Part shown: piece by piece, positions 43,138 to 53,774 of the stretch | Layout: every line of letters starts with the position of its first letter | Numbering within the stretch: the stretch's first letter is position 1 | IMG/VR virus record: IMGVR_UViG_3300028588_000015 | Coordinates: 128,001 to 192,000 of that record | Direction: 5' to 3' (one strand) | DNA length: 64,000 bases | Origin: a virus | Lineage: Duplodnaviria > Caudoviricetes | Made by a program: the position numbers and the translations under genes | Notes under the pieces: generated by a model | Told to the model about the DNA's origin: nothing | Databases searched by the model: none | What the model saw: only the letters and a program-made list of their open reading frames with translations

Positions 43138-45690
43138 ATGAGATACATTTCAATCGAAGTCAATCTACTCAAGCGTTTGCGCTTGAGTGGCATTCGGCGT
43201 CTCAAAATGACTTTCGAAGAAGTCATGCAACTTATCCTCGGCTCGAATGGCAGCGGTAAGTCCTCGTTACTATACGAGGTGTCGATGTTGCCCGCAGAAC
43301 CTTCGCGTTACGAGAAGGGTGGTAGCGCGATCGTGACGGCCGAAGCCGACGATGGTTACACTTATACCGCCACCACTGTGTTTGAACCTTCGACACGCTG
43401 TAAACTCGTGCGACACACCGACGAGGGGGATGTTGTTCTGAATAACTGGGGCACAGCATCGGCGCAGCGTTCTGAAGTTGAAAAGATTTTCAAGATGACG
43501 CCCGAGGTACGTAACTTGATCCTCGGTAAAGAACGTTTGACCCGCTTCGGGCCGGGTAAACGACGTGAGTGGTTCATGCGGTTGAACAACGCGAACTATG
43601 ATTATGCGCTGGCGGTATTTGACCGCGCTAAGAAAGAATTCAACGATCTCTCCGCTACGCTGCGTAAGACAAAAGAACGGTTGGTGGCAGAACAAGGTAA
43701 GGTCGTCTCACCAGAAGAGGCTAAGAAGCTGCAAGACGAAGTCGACCAAATGTATCGTGACATGGAAATGTTGTCCGAGAACCGGGCACCTGTCACGCGG
43801 GCCTCGCAAACCTACGAGAGCGAACAGAAGCAGCAGCTGGCGGAACTGGATGCACTCACGAAACAACTTTTCAGGTTGCGGTTTGTGGCGCCGTACGCCG
43901 GTCACGCACTGTCCCGGGAACGTCCGTCGTTTGGTTCCTTGATCGAAATCAATGCCGAGATCGAGCGCTTGAAAGGTGAACTCATTTCGCGTAACGCTTT
44001 GATCGACAAAGCAGTGAAAGAGCATGACCGCCTGCAACAGCAATTCGATGTGTTGTCCAAGACCGGTGAACAGGGTTTGGTAGCACTGCATCAGCGCTTT
44101 AAGGCAGTGCATTTGCGTAAAATCGATGTCCTCGCCACGAGGACGCTGGTGGACGTGATCGAGAAACTGGACAGCATCCACCCCATCAATGGTTTGGGCG
44201 CACTGGAGTCGCTCTGGGACACGCTGGAAGACCTTTCCAGTTCTATACCGGATAACAATGAACGTATCTATGGCCAAGCCAAGATTCCAGCACTGACGGA
44301 AGAAATGATGCAGGCCACGCGTGCGTTCAATACCGCCCAAAATGCGTTGGAGAAACTGCAAGCCCGTAAAGTGCATGCGGAGCAACATCGCGGCAACGGT
44401 GAAACCACTTGCCCCAAGTGCGCTTACCGCTGGACGATCGGGTATAACGAAGACGAATACAAACGGCTACTCAACGGGATCGCTGTCTACGAAGAACAAG
44501 TTGTGCAAGCCAAAGCGGGCATGCGTGACGTAGAAGAACGCATCGCTAAGAATTACGAGTACGGGGAAAAGTACCGCAGCTTCATCCGGCTGACCCAAGC
44601 TTGGCCAGTCCTTGCCCCGCTCTGGGACTATTTGATCGCCAACGAATACATGGTCACCAAAGCACGGATGACCATGGGTTTTGTCGATCGTTTCCGTCAT
44701 GACCTACAAATCATGAAGGACGCACTGAGACTGGACGCTGAACTCGGTGAGATTGCCCAATTGATCGAATCGGCAGAAAAGCTCGGGGATGCGTCGCTAA
44801 CCGACGTGCGTTTGGGACTGGAGCAATGGAACCATGAAGTCGAACACCTGAGCCAAGAACGGGTGGCCTTGCAAAAAGACATCAACGACTACCAGACGTA
44901 CTACCGCCAAATGAGCGAAGGTATCGAACTGGGCCGCCGCATCCGCCAATTGCGCAGTGACGTGGTGAATGTCAACCAAGAGTGGATTGAGATGTTGCGC
45001 CGGGAAACCATCCTGCACTGCATCAATCAGTTGCGCACGTCGCTACTGCGTAAGGAAGAAACCCTATCTTACATGACCACGCAAAAAGCCCGGGTGGAAG
45101 ACATTGAAGAACAGATTCGCCAACTCACCATCGAAGAAGAAGCAGCGCGCTTGGTGGTACGTGAACTGTCACCCACCGAAGGCTTGATCGCCGAAGGGTT
45201 GCTGGGTTTCATTCAGCACTTTGTTGGCCAGATGAACGTTGTTATCAAGCGCATCTGGTCGTACCCGCTGGTGGTGCAAGATTGCGCGATCGAGACGTCG
45301 GGCGGCACGGAACTGGATTACAAGTTCCCGGTGGTGGTCAATGATCAAGATGAGCCAATCGACGATGTGGCCGACGGCAGTACCGGCATCATGGAAATCA
45401 TTGACTTGGCGTTTCGTATTACCGCCATGCAGTCTTTGGGCTTGGCCAACAGTCCACTCTTCCTGGATGAATTTGGTGCCAGCTTTGACAAGTACCACCA
45501 AAACGCAGCTACCATGACGATTCTGAATATCATGGAGGAACGTCAATTCACCCAACTCTTCATGGTGTCGCACTATGAAGCCAGTTACGGTGCAATGACC
45601 AACGCAGACATCTGTGTGCTGTGCCCGAGTAACATCACTGTGCCGAGTGACGGCCTTTACAACCAACATGTAGAAATGGAGTACGCATGA
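43138..45690 (+). CDS. sbcC: SbcC/Rad50-like ATPase (phiKZ gp165-like)
   Basis: Walker A GSNGSGKSS; long coiled coil with CPKC hook; signature DGSTG; Walker B LFLDEFG; MVSH. Confidence 0.92.
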   Translation: MRYISIEVNLLKRLRLSGIRRLKMTFEEVMQLILGSNGSGKSSLLYEVSMLPAEPSRYEKGGSAIVTAEADDGYTYTATTVFEPSTRCKLVRHTDEGDVVLNNWGTASAQRSEVEKIFKMTPEVRNLILGKERLTRFGPGKRREWFMRLNNANYDYALAVFDRAKKEFNDLSATLRKTKERLVAEQGKVVSPEEAKKLQDEVDQMYRDMEMLSENRAPVTRASQTYESEQKQQLAELDALTKQLFRLRFVAPYAGHALSRERPSFGSLIEINAEIERLKGELISRNALIDKAVKEHDRLQQQFDVLSKTGEQGLVALHQRFKAVHLRKIDVLATRTLVDVIEKLDSIHPINGLGALESLWDTLEDLSSSIPDNNERIYGQAKIPALTEEMMQATRAFNTAQNALEKLQARKVHAEQHRGNGETTCPKCAYRWTIGYNEDEYKRLLNGIAVYEEQVVQAKAGMRDVEERIAKNYEYGEKYRSFIRLTQAWPVLAPLWDYLIANEYMVTKARMTMGFVDRFRHDLQIMKDALRLDAELGEIAQLIESAEKLGDASLTDVRLGLEQWNHEVEHLSQERVALQKDINDYQTYYRQMSEGIELGRRIRQLRSDVVNVNQEWIEMLRRETILHCINQLRTSLLRKEETLSYMTTQKARVEDIEEQIRQLTIEEEAARLVVRELSPTEGLIAEGLLGFIQHFVGQMNVVIKRIWSYPLVVQDCAIETSGGTELDYKFPVVVNDQDEPIDDVADGSTGIMEIIDLAFRITAMQSLGLANSPLFLDEFGASFDKYHQNAATMTILNIMEERQFTQLFMVSHYEASYGAMTNADICVLCPSNITVPSDGLYNQHVEMEYA

Positions 45691-46760
45691 ACCAAGAACC
45701 CAAACAAGACGCCAATGAAGTTGTAGGTCTGCGCGAGGCCATCCTGCGTCTGGCGAGCGCCCAGAACCAAGTGGCGGAGGCCATGTTGGCGATCTACCAG
45801 TTGACGAAAGCACAAGGACTCGTGCTCGACCTACTGGTGTCCGAGAAACACATCCCGATGGGTGACGCGGGTGGTATGGTGACGACGCTGGTGCCGGAAA
45901 TCACGACACCAGTACCAGAACAAGATGTTACGCTGGATGACGCGACCACGGAGAAGCCGGGCCTAGTCCGTCTCATCATGGCCGCAGGTGCCGGCGAGAA
46001 AGAAGCCATCCACCTCTACAATGAAGTTGCTAGGGATGCCAAACAAAACGACGTCAGCCCGACACAAAAAGAATCTGGCGATACGGGCGCCGCCGATAAT
46101 TTCCGCGCCCAGATGACATTCGAAAGCCCGCCACTGGGTGGCCCAAAGCCGATCGGTTTTGGCGACAACGCTCTGGACAGCGCAGTCGAGAAAGTCAGCG
46201 TCCACTATGAAGAGGAAATGGGCGCGCGTCGGACTGAAGTAGCCAAACGGCTTGCTGAAGGCACGATTCCAGTCGAGGATACCGTCCCGATGCCCGAAGA
46301 AATGCCGCACCCGCAACCTGACCCAGCCGCAAAAAGTTTCAACTATGTGGCACGGCAGTTGCGGCCCATGCTTCAAGAGTTGTTGTCGCATCACGTGATC
46401 GAGAATGGTAAAGGTAATGTCGCGATGAAACACTACAACGCCGACATTATGAAAGTGTCGCAGGATCACTGCTTCCGTTGGCCGTCCGGCTTTTACCGTT
46501 CCGATGTCGACAACACTGTCCAATTATTCCTGAATATCAAGGAAAACAACAGGACGGTATTGTTGATACTGCCTTCGTTATATTCGGCCGGCAAATACCA
46601 ACAATTGTACGTGACCGAAATGCAGCCGGCCACTATTCTCTGGCGAGACGATGGTGGAGTTATCCGGGTAATCAACGACGAGACGCAGATCACTATCCGC
46701 GAGACCCTGATGCCATCCTTCGAAAACCTGTTCCGGACGTATCTCGAAAACCTGAAGTAA
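45687..46760 (+). CDS. Hypothetical acidic protein
   Basis: 357 aa; ATGA overlap with sbcC. Confidence 0.78.
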   Translation: MNQEPKQDANEVVGLREAILRLASAQNQVAEAMLAIYQLTKAQGLVLDLLVSEKHIPMGDAGGMVTTLVPEITTPVPEQDVTLDDATTEKPGLVRLIMAAGAGEKEAIHLYNEVARDAKQNDVSPTQKESGDTGAADNFRAQMTFESPPLGGPKPIGFGDNALDSAVEKVSVHYEEEMGARRTEVAKRLAEGTIPVEDTVPMPEEMPHPQPDPAAKSFNYVARQLRPMLQELLSHHVIENGKGNVAMKHYNADIMKVSQDHCFRWPSGFYRSDVDNTVQLFLNIKENNRTVLLILPSLYSAGKYQQLYVTEMQPATILWRDDGGVIRVINDETQITIRETLMPSFENLFRTYLENLK

Positions 46761-46766
46761 TCTATC

Positions 46767-46814
46767 CGGCATAAAAAGACCAGCACCTATTTCCAAGGTG
46801 CTGGTCTTATGCCG
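46767..46814. terminator. Bidirectional hairpin flanked by CGGCATA and TATGCCG
   Basis: aagaccagcacct-atttcca-aggtgctggtctt between convergent genes. Confidence 0.85.
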
Positions 46815-46816
46815 CA

Positions 46817-47446
46817 TTATGGACGGACGGACGGATTCAACTGCGTTTGGATGTAATTCGTGAGCGCAGTCACTTGTTGCTGTAAACTGTCTGCTCGGTC
46901 GCGCTCGGCAAGAAAACGACCGTAGTCGGTGGTGGTCACCGTCATGTTGTTTTCTCGTGTAGACTCGATGATGACGTGGTCATCGTACGTTTTCAAAAGC
47001 GGCAAAGTGGTGACGATGGTCTTACTGAGTGCATCCACCCCGATCGTCTCTTTCACCGTTTCTGTCAGACGGAGTTTCAGTGGCGCGATATCGAAATCCA
47101 TGGGCAGGATAGACAGGTCCAAGGCCACCATCAGGCCTTGGTATTTCACGCCATCCACCTGGGGCATCTCGATGAAGTAGGACGATGGCACCACAATCGG
47201 CTCACTCACACCCGACTGCAATGTTACCAGAACAGCCCCGGCCACCACATCGCGTACGAAATCTGCTTGGCTTAATTCTAGGGGCGTATAGAACATCTCT
47301 ACCACATCGATGCCATTACCGGAAGCGTCACTGATCGTACGCACGCCGGTACAGGTGTATTCCAGTTCCGGGTTGAGCAGATTGTCAAGAGGTGCGTCGA
47401 GGCGGAACTGCCCCTTGGCACCTACATTGGGCATATAGATCGACAC
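46817..47446 (-). CDS. Conserved jumbo-phage protein, putative virion
   Basis: 209 aa; co-oriented with the gp157-like gene. Confidence 0.72.
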   Translation of the reverse strand: MSIYMPNVGAKGQFRLDAPLDNLLNPELEYTCTGVRTISDASGNGIDVVEMFYTPLELSQADFVRDVVAGAVLVTLQSGVSEPIVVPSSYFIEMPQVDGVKYQGLMVALDLSILPMDFDIAPLKLRLTETVKETIGVDALSKTIVTTLPLLKTYDDHVIIESTRENNMTVTTTDYGRFLAERDRADSLQQQVTALTNYIQTQLNPSVRP

Positions 47447-47448
47447 GA

Positions 47449-48780
47449 TTAGCCTCCCTGCGCCGGTACGAACTCGTCAGCGTAGTTAGCCCGTACCGCC
47501 ATCAGGAAGTTAACGTTGCCGACGTTGGTCACCAAGTAAATGGTACCGTTGCGTTTGCTACGCGTCATCCCGTGCGGCACGCTGGAGAACTCGGTCATCT
47601 TCTCAGCTTCCACCAGTTGGCGTTGCAAAATGTCGAGCCAGTCCTTCGTTGCCTGGGCCATGCGGTTGTAATCCTGACTGGCGGTCGGAACCGACAAGTA
47701 ATCTGGATAAAAGTCCGTGATTTTGAACTTGCCTTCACGGTTGTCTGGGCTACCCACGACAATGAGGGAAAGCGAATTGTACGGGTGTCCCATCACCGTG
47801 GTGTTCTCATTAATATGAGCATCGGTGTATGCCGGCGCCAGTTCCTTGACTCGTGCTACGATCTTATTGATCGACAGCACGGGGGAGTAGACGCCGCCTG
47901 GTTGCGTCATGCGCGGACTGATCGCATACTGGAACCACGACGGGATGATCAGGCATTCCGTGCGCCGAAACAAATCTGGCAGGATTTGGCTCCACTCTTC
48001 CCTGGTATGCGTGCTGTGACCAAGGATGTAGTCGATGAGTGCATCGCTGATGCTGTCGACGTTATTGCCCGCCGCGCCGTAAATCAGCAGACCCCAGTTC
48101 GAGGGGACGCGGTGCGAAGGAAAAAGTGGATCGACGTAATCGTACGTTGCATCCGTCATGATGGTGTAGGGCTTGCCGTTGCTTGCATCCTGCATGCGCG
48201 CCACCATGGTCTTGATCGTCAGGCTCGAGAGCATGAGATCGACTTCGGTACCGGTCTTGAAGAAGTTGTCCAGCACGTCGGTAGGTGGCACCACGGTGAT
48301 TTCGAATTCGTCGTATTGGAGACGGAAGTTTTCGTCAGCGAACCAGATGCGCAGCTCGTTGCTGTCCACTCCTGCGATATTTTTGGCTTTCCATGCGAGC
48401 CATTCCGGCACGTAGTACTGGCCATCGGTAACCATCTCGCCACAGGTAAACGCTTCGCCGCTGGTGGCGAAGTCAGCGAACAGATTCTCCAGCAAAACAT
48501 CGCTGAAGACTTCGCCCGAATTGTTCAGGGTGTTGCTATAGACATACTTGGCCACCGCCAGTACATGGGCCACCAGCGCCGGCGGAATGGTCGTGGCGAC
48601 CCCGTCCTGTTTGCAGAAGAAACTGTGCAGCGTGAGGTTGGGGGAAGCATCCGAGATGTATTGGCCAACGTCCCGGGCATAAGTTGCCGCTTCCGTGGAC
48701 AGTTCACCAAACGGGGCAATCGTGTCCGCTTGGTTGTTCACGAATTGCGAATGAGGGATAAAACCTTTCAGTACCAGCAT
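47449..48780 (-). CDS. Virion structural protein (phiKZ gp157-like)
   Basis: 443 aa; APFGELS...RIWF.D..F..QYDEFEITVVPP; PDLFRRTE; synteny near RNase H. Confidence 0.72.
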   Translation of the reverse strand: MLVLKGFIPHSQFVNNQADTIAPFGELSTEAATYARDVGQYISDASPNLTLHSFFCKQDGVATTIPPALVAHVLAVAKYVYSNTLNNSGEVFSDVLLENLFADFATSGEAFTCGEMVTDGQYYVPEWLAWKAKNIAGVDSNELRIWFADENFRLQYDEFEITVVPPTDVLDNFFKTGTEVDLMLSSLTIKTMVARMQDASNGKPYTIMTDATYDYVDPLFPSHRVPSNWGLLIYGAAGNNVDSISDALIDYILGHSTHTREEWSQILPDLFRRTECLIIPSWFQYAISPRMTQPGGVYSPVLSINKIVARVKELAPAYTDAHINENTTVMGHPYNSLSLIVVGSPDNREGKFKITDFYPDYLSVPTASQDYNRMAQATKDWLDILQRQLVEAEKMTEFSSVPHGMTRSKRNGTIYLVTNVGNVNFLMAVRANYADEFVPAQGG

Positions 48781-48914
48781 TGGGGTCTCCTGCGTGTGAA
48801 CACGCGTGAAGGATAAGAAATATCAAATATCTTGACAAAAGGAAACCATTCTGCTGTACTACGCAAAATGGTAAAACCGAACTATAAAATACTGAGAGAA
48901 GGCGCAAACACACT

Positions 48915-49349
48915 ATGTTAACTGCATTCAAAATCTTGACGATGCTCTGGCCCTTCGTCAAAGAAATGCTCTTTGGCCAGAAAAAAGCAGGACAAATCCT
49001 TACCGAACACAAAGCCATGGTGGCGATGATGGTATTGATTGTTGCGTCGGTAGCGTTAAACGCTTTTCTCATCAAACGTGTCGTGGGTATTTCGCAAGAA
49101 TATCTGATTCTCAAGAAACATGTCAAGGAAGTAGAATCGGCGCCCATTCCGATCAAGGAAAAGAAAGAAATACCGGCAATGATTACGCCACCCCGCCAGT
49201 CCAATGATTCGCACCCCGAGGTCAAAGTCACTCCGGTGGTAGTGACACCAAAAAAGAAACGGGATGCGCGCCGGTATCGGCAACTGCAAAATTCCTTTAC
49301 GACGATTCAGGAGCGTGAAGGTAAAGAACTCTCTACCCCAGCTGAATGA
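48915..49349 (+). CDS. Membrane protein with one TM and a Pro-rich tail (i-spanin-like)
   Basis: AMVAMMVLIVASVALNAFLI hydrophobic segment; precedes a lipoprotein gene. Confidence 0.65.
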   Translation: MLTAFKILTMLWPFVKEMLFGQKKAGQILTEHKAMVAMMVLIVASVALNAFLIKRVVGISQEYLILKKHVKEVESAPIPIKEKKEIPAMITPPRQSNDSHPEVKVTPVVVTPKKKRDARRYRQLQNSFTTIQEREGKELSTPAE

Positions 49350-49359
49350 AGGAGCCATC

Positions 49360-49746
49360 GTGATCAAGCGACCTTATCTCACCATTCCCGCAATGCTTGT
49401 GTTCGCATTACTGGGGTGCAGTAGTTTTAACAGTTACCAGTACCCACCACCCATTGTGGTGGTGGGTAACACCGATACACCAAGTGCACCAGCCACGGCA
49501 ATAACGGTGGCAGACGCGTGTGTTTACCCAAGACGTGAACGCGACACGCCTCCAGAAGTACCGCTTAAGGAGTTGGCCAAGGTTGATCCATTCGACGACG
49601 CTGCATTGGATGCGATCCAGCAAAAGCATATCAGAGAATTACGGGCATTTATCCAGCAAGAACGAAAGGCTGAAGAAGATGCTTACCAAGCTTACTTGAA
49701 ACGTTGCGAAAACTACCTACGGATGACCGTAAAAAATACGGGGTAG
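49360..49746 (+). CDS. Lipoprotein (o-spanin-like)
   Basis: GTG after aaggag; LVFALLG|C lipobox; Pro-rich then helical. Confidence 0.68.
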   Translation: MIKRPYLTIPAMLVFALLGCSSFNSYQYPPPIVVVGNTDTPSAPATAITVADACVYPRRERDTPPEVPLKELAKVDPFDDAALDAIQQKHIRELRAFIQQERKAEEDAYQAYLKRCENYLRMTVKNTG

Positions 49747-49786
49747 GCAGATTTTGTAGAGTAGGCTTAATTATGAGGAAAAAAGG

Positions 49787-51349
49787 ATGAGTGAAGAAAA
49801 TGCAGTAGATCAGGGGATGGTCTGGTACTCCGATGGCGGCTGCCGCCCGAAGTCACGTGGCTTTGGTGGCTACGGTATCCACGGTTTCTTGTACAAAGTC
49901 ACCCCGCCGAAAAAGGGTATTGGTTTGTCGGGGGTCATGACCACCGACGAAGGCTACAAAGACAAAGCTGAACTGGAATCGCCAGATGTTTCCGAAGAAT
50001 TCCTTGACGGTGAAATGACGGCGGCGGAATACAAGAAAGCCAATGCACCGACGTTCAGTCCGGTAACACCACTCCAATACTTCGACGGCATGGGTTCACT
50101 TGGCACGGACGATAACCCGGTAACCAACAACTACGCGGAAGTCATGGGTGCCATGCGGGCGTTCCAAGAAGCTGCCAAGTTCGATGTCAAGCGCGTCGTG
50201 CTGTATAGCGACAGCGAATACGTGATCCAAGGCTTGGAGAAGAATGCGGCCAACTGGGCCAAGGCAGGATGGGTCAAACCGGATGGTGAACCACGCCCCA
50301 ATGCCGAGACCTGGAAAGAACTGCTCGCCTGGCGTGACACACTGGTCGAACGCGGGGTGTCGATCGAAGCCAAATGGGTACGGGGGCACAACGATGATGT
50401 TGGCAACGAGCGTGCCGATAGCTACGCTACCATCGGCGTCATGCACAGCATGGCGGGTGAGCAAAAGGAAACGCTGGAGCGTTCTCCCGCAGACGGTTAC
50501 TGGGGCTACGAAGCCACCCGTGATCCTCTCCTGTTCCAGCGTCGTATCTATTTCAATACCGATACCAACCATTTCAAGCCGGGCGAGTACTTTACCGGCA
50601 GCCATGGCAAAGACGACGAAGACGTCGGTATCCGTACTGCGGAAGCGTGTTGCGGCATCGTGCGCTTGCACAAACCCGACAGCGTGATCGATGCAGTCCG
50701 AGTCCACCAAGCCAAGGTGTGCGACAACGTCGGCTACGTGGCCATGATCAAGGTCGACAGTCTGTTCCGGCCTGACACGCATCGTCAAGTGAGCGCGTAT
50801 GGGCCCTTCGCCACGGTGCGTCCGCGGCCCTACAAGTTCGATCTCGAATGTACCGACGAAGAACCGATGACCCGGGTGTTCGTCCCGCCACGCACCTCGA
50901 TGCGTGTGATCGAGGCCTTGACCAGCCTCGATGAAAAGCTGGCGTGGTACCTGGCAAAGGACCCACGGATCGTTATTACGGACATGACACCTATCTTGTA
51001 TGAGACGGTCGTTAAAACCCCCAAGAGCGGTCCACCGACTACCCATCAGGTCCTGAAAGACATCTACAACGTGGGATACGCTGCATTGCGTCTGGAGGCC
51101 AACTACAAGTCGGTCGACGGAACCATTCAGGCTGTGCCGATTACCCTCAATCTCGGCGTGGACATGCCTGACCGCAATGCACTGAAACGGATGGAGGTTA
51201 ACACCCCCGTCGTCACGTTGATCAGCTGGGAAGAAGCCGACTACGTTTTCCGCTATGCGGTCGTGGTCGAAACCACCAGCGGGATGGGTATTTACGCCGG
51301 CGTGTACAGTAACATCCGCATGTTGGAACGTGCTGACAAACCGAAGTAA
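49787..51349 (+). CDS. rnhA: Ribonuclease HI with large C-terminal extension (phiKZ gp155-like)
   Basis: YSDGG, TNNYAE, SDSEY, WVRGH...GNERAD catalytic D-E-D-D set. Confidence 0.92.
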   Translation: MSEENAVDQGMVWYSDGGCRPKSRGFGGYGIHGFLYKVTPPKKGIGLSGVMTTDEGYKDKAELESPDVSEEFLDGEMTAAEYKKANAPTFSPVTPLQYFDGMGSLGTDDNPVTNNYAEVMGAMRAFQEAAKFDVKRVVLYSDSEYVIQGLEKNAANWAKAGWVKPDGEPRPNAETWKELLAWRDTLVERGVSIEAKWVRGHNDDVGNERADSYATIGVMHSMAGEQKETLERSPADGYWGYEATRDPLLFQRRIYFNTDTNHFKPGEYFTGSHGKDDEDVGIRTAEACCGIVRLHKPDSVIDAVRVHQAKVCDNVGYVAMIKVDSLFRPDTHRQVSAYGPFATVRPRPYKFDLECTDEEPMTRVFVPPRTSMRVIEALTSLDEKLAWYLAKDPRIVITDMTPILYETVVKTPKSGPPTTHQVLKDIYNVGYAALRLEANYKSVDGTIQAVPITLNLGVDMPDRNALKRMEVNTPVVTLISWEEADYVFRYAVVVETTSGMGIYAGVYSNIRMLERADKPK

Positions 51350-51383
51350 CGTCACACAGGGCTTTCCTTTCTTTAACCTAAAC

Positions 51384-51869
51384 ATGACTCACCGAGTGTT
51401 CCAAAACCGCTCGGTAGGTCTTTGGAGTTTCTTTGCCATGAGTTTATCCAATCTGCGGGAGGTAGCAAAACAGAAAGCTGTCCGCTTTTTTGGCGCGCAT
51501 TTACCGGTTCGTATGAAACGGCTGGTACACATTGCGTCACTCGGAGCCTATCTCAAAGGCTCGACGTCCCTCGACGACGCCACGATGAACAAGCTCAATA
51601 CCGTCATGGGATTGGGCAGCAACGCTAAGGCCCTGAAACTGCCTGTGTTGCTATCACGCGTGATATGGGATGGCAAGATCCAGACACATGATCTCAAAAT
51701 GGAGACACCGCTGACAGTTACGCCGGAAGTCATGGCGCAAATGAAAGCACGCTGCATGAAGGGTACACCCCGATGGCTGCGTTATGGTGAGGACACGCTG
51801 ATCGAAAGCGAAGTGGGCAAACTGCTGACGATGTTCCAAAGTTCGCAGGAAGTGAAATCTTCGTCATAA
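51384..51869 (+). CDS. Conserved hypothetical protein
   Basis: Follows RNase H; start refined to ATG 51384. Confidence 0.7.
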   Translation: MTHRVFQNRSVGLWSFFAMSLSNLREVAKQKAVRFFGAHLPVRMKRLVHIASLGAYLKGSTSLDDATMNKLNTVMGLGSNAKALKLPVLLSRVIWDGKIQTHDLKMETPLTVTPEVMAQMKARCMKGTPRWLRYGEDTLIESEVGKLLTMFQSSQEVKSSS

Positions 51870-51873
51870 AAGT

Positions 51874-51923
51874 AAAACACCTATCCCGGACTGGCGGAGT
51901 CCCGGGATAGGTGTTTTATGCCG
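51874..51923. terminator. Bidirectional terminator plus TATGCCG
   Basis: aaaacacctatcccgg / ccgggataggtgtttt-atgccg. Confidence 0.85.
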
Positions 51924-51929
51924 CCTACA

Positions 51930-52748
51930 TTACTTCTTCTTCATGACCTTGTCGAAATGCTCCACGGTCTGGTTGACGCAGGTGATGAAGACTTCTGCCT
52001 TGTAGTAAGCGATGGCGTAGAACTCCAGTTCGCTCGCTGCTTGGAATGCTCCGTCGGCCAGGTTCAGGACGGTTTGATTAGCAACCTTTCCGACTTTGCC
52101 TTCCCGGGCCATCTTCAGGATGACTTCGAGGTGGGCGTTGCACTCGTTAACTTTCTTGAGCAGCACGCCGCGGTCAATGCGGTTGATAACGTCGGTGATG
52201 TCACGGCAACGCTGGAACACATCCTTCCAGTCCGCATTACGCTTGACCACGTCGCCGAGGGCGGCTTCTGACTTGGTCGACCCCTTCTTGAAGCAGGCAC
52301 CGAGTTCTTCGTTGATGCGCTTGCGTTCTTCTTCGAGCAGTTTGAATTCCGACTCGAAGCTCTTGGTCGACAGGCCCGCTTCACGGTCCATCACGAGTTG
52401 AGCCAGGTAGGTACTGTAAGGCGCGAGCACGTCCATGATCTTACTGGCATGCTGGACTGCCTCGTACAGCACTTCGGCGTAGTCGATGTACGGCACATCC
52501 AGACCTTCGGGCACATACGCGGTTACTTGCGAGACGCCCATGTAGGTGTGGTTGTTCAGTTCCTTTTCGAAGTCTTTTTGTTTCGAGGTGAACTGGATCG
52601 TGTGCTGCTTGGGATTGAAGCGGGCAACGAAGTCGGTGAACGATTCGCTCAGGGCCGGCATCACGCTTTGGAAGTACGAAGTCACGTCACGCATCGAGAA
52701 CGCTTCGAGGGCGACTCCTTGACGGAGGGTATGGAGTTTTTGGGGCAT
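51930..52748 (-). CDS. Virion head protein (phiKZ gp153-like)
   Basis: N-terminal leader ending in VALE; VPEGL..Y motif; helical. Confidence 0.72.
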   Translation of the reverse strand: MPQKLHTLRQGVALEAFSMRDVTSYFQSVMPALSESFTDFVARFNPKQHTIQFTSKQKDFEKELNNHTYMGVSQVTAYVPEGLDVPYIDYAEVLYEAVQHASKIMDVLAPYSTYLAQLVMDREAGLSTKSFESEFKLLEEERKRINEELGACFKKGSTKSEAALGDVVKRNADWKDVFQRCRDITDVINRIDRGVLLKKVNECNAHLEVILKMAREGKVGKVANQTVLNLADGAFQAASELEFYAIAYYKAEVFITCVNQTVEHFDKVMKKK

Positions 52749-52876
52749 GATAGCGATTCCGTGTGGGGGGAAGAGGCACCTTCTCTAGCGACTAAAGAAG
52801 AGTAAGAATAATTAACTACAGGACATAAAATAAAACGCAGACGACGAATGATGTGTAGTGAAAGGAGTCAATTGCC

Positions 52877-53131
52877 ATGTTCACAGACGAAACGCGCTGT
52901 CACCCCAAGAGTGGCAACAAAAAATTCGAAGTTGTTCCGATCACTAGCATCGACGACGCTTATTTGTACACAAACAGGAATTTGGTCTCGATGCTAAAGA
53001 AAATCATCCATAATGAAACTGGAAAACCTATTGAGGTAGGCGGTTTTGTTGTGTCAGCACACAATCAGTCGGTGTATCCCTTCTATATCACCAAAGAACA
53101 AGCAGCGGAATACGTGCCCGTCCAACGCTAA
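52877..53131 (+). CDS. Hypothetical protein
   Basis: aaaggag SD; 84 aa. Confidence 0.7.
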   Translation: MFTDETRCHPKSGNKKFEVVPITSIDDAYLYTNRNLVSMLKKIIHNETGKPIEVGGFVVSAHNQSVYPFYITKEQAAEYVPVQR

Positions 53132-53146
53132 AACTAGGATGCTGCC

Positions 53147-53491
53147 ATGTCATCGTCGACCATCAAATACAGTCTGTACGGGATTGTCCAACGCATCGAT
53201 AAGCCACATAGCCGTGAGCACCGCGGGATGCGCATCTTGACGCTGCATTCCCCGGGAGAATACACCACCCAAGTGATGGTGAGCGAAAAGTTCGTCAACA
53301 CCCATAAACTGGAAGTGGGCCAAGTGCTCTTAAAGCAACTCGATGGTTCGACCATCGTGGTGACTCAAGAAGAATTCGCCAAGGCGGTTTTCGTGCGCCA
53401 AGAAGTGCGGCCGATGGACGAGAGCGAAATTACCAATGAACTTCATAACAACGCGCGGCGTTATCTGGACCGCAAGGTGAATCATGTCTAA
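53147..53491 (+). CDS. Hypothetical protein
   Basis: 114 aa; in operon with uvsX. Confidence 0.72.
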   Translation: MSSSTIKYSLYGIVQRIDKPHSREHRGMRILTLHSPGEYTTQVMVSEKFVNTHKLEVGQVLLKQLDGSTIVVTQEEFAKAVFVRQEVRPMDESEITNELHNNARRYLDRKVNHV

Positions 53492-53774
53492 AAAGAAGAT
53501 TTTGGAATCGTGGAGGATCGGCGGTATCTACTGGCCGAGGCAGGATGACTTCGAAGGCTATATCGAACCGCACTATGACCACAATCCGGTGTTTGATGTA
53601 AAGAATGGCCGGGTACCTAATTTTGTGGTGAAAATCAGATTCCCAGTATCGTTCTTTGCCAATCCCAAAATCAAAAGAATGAACTACCTCGTGCAATATA
53701 CCGATAACACCTACGAGGTGTTTACGCCGCAAGAATACAAACAACTTAAGAAAGAAGGCAATCATGGGCTTTAA
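53484..53774 (+). CDS. Hypothetical protein
   Basis: 96 aa; overlaps both neighbours. Confidence 0.68.
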   Translation: MSKKKILESWRIGGIYWPRQDDFEGYIEPHYDHNPVFDVKNGRVPNFVVKIRFPVSFFANPKIKRMNYLVQYTDNTYEVFTPQEYKQLKKEGNHGL

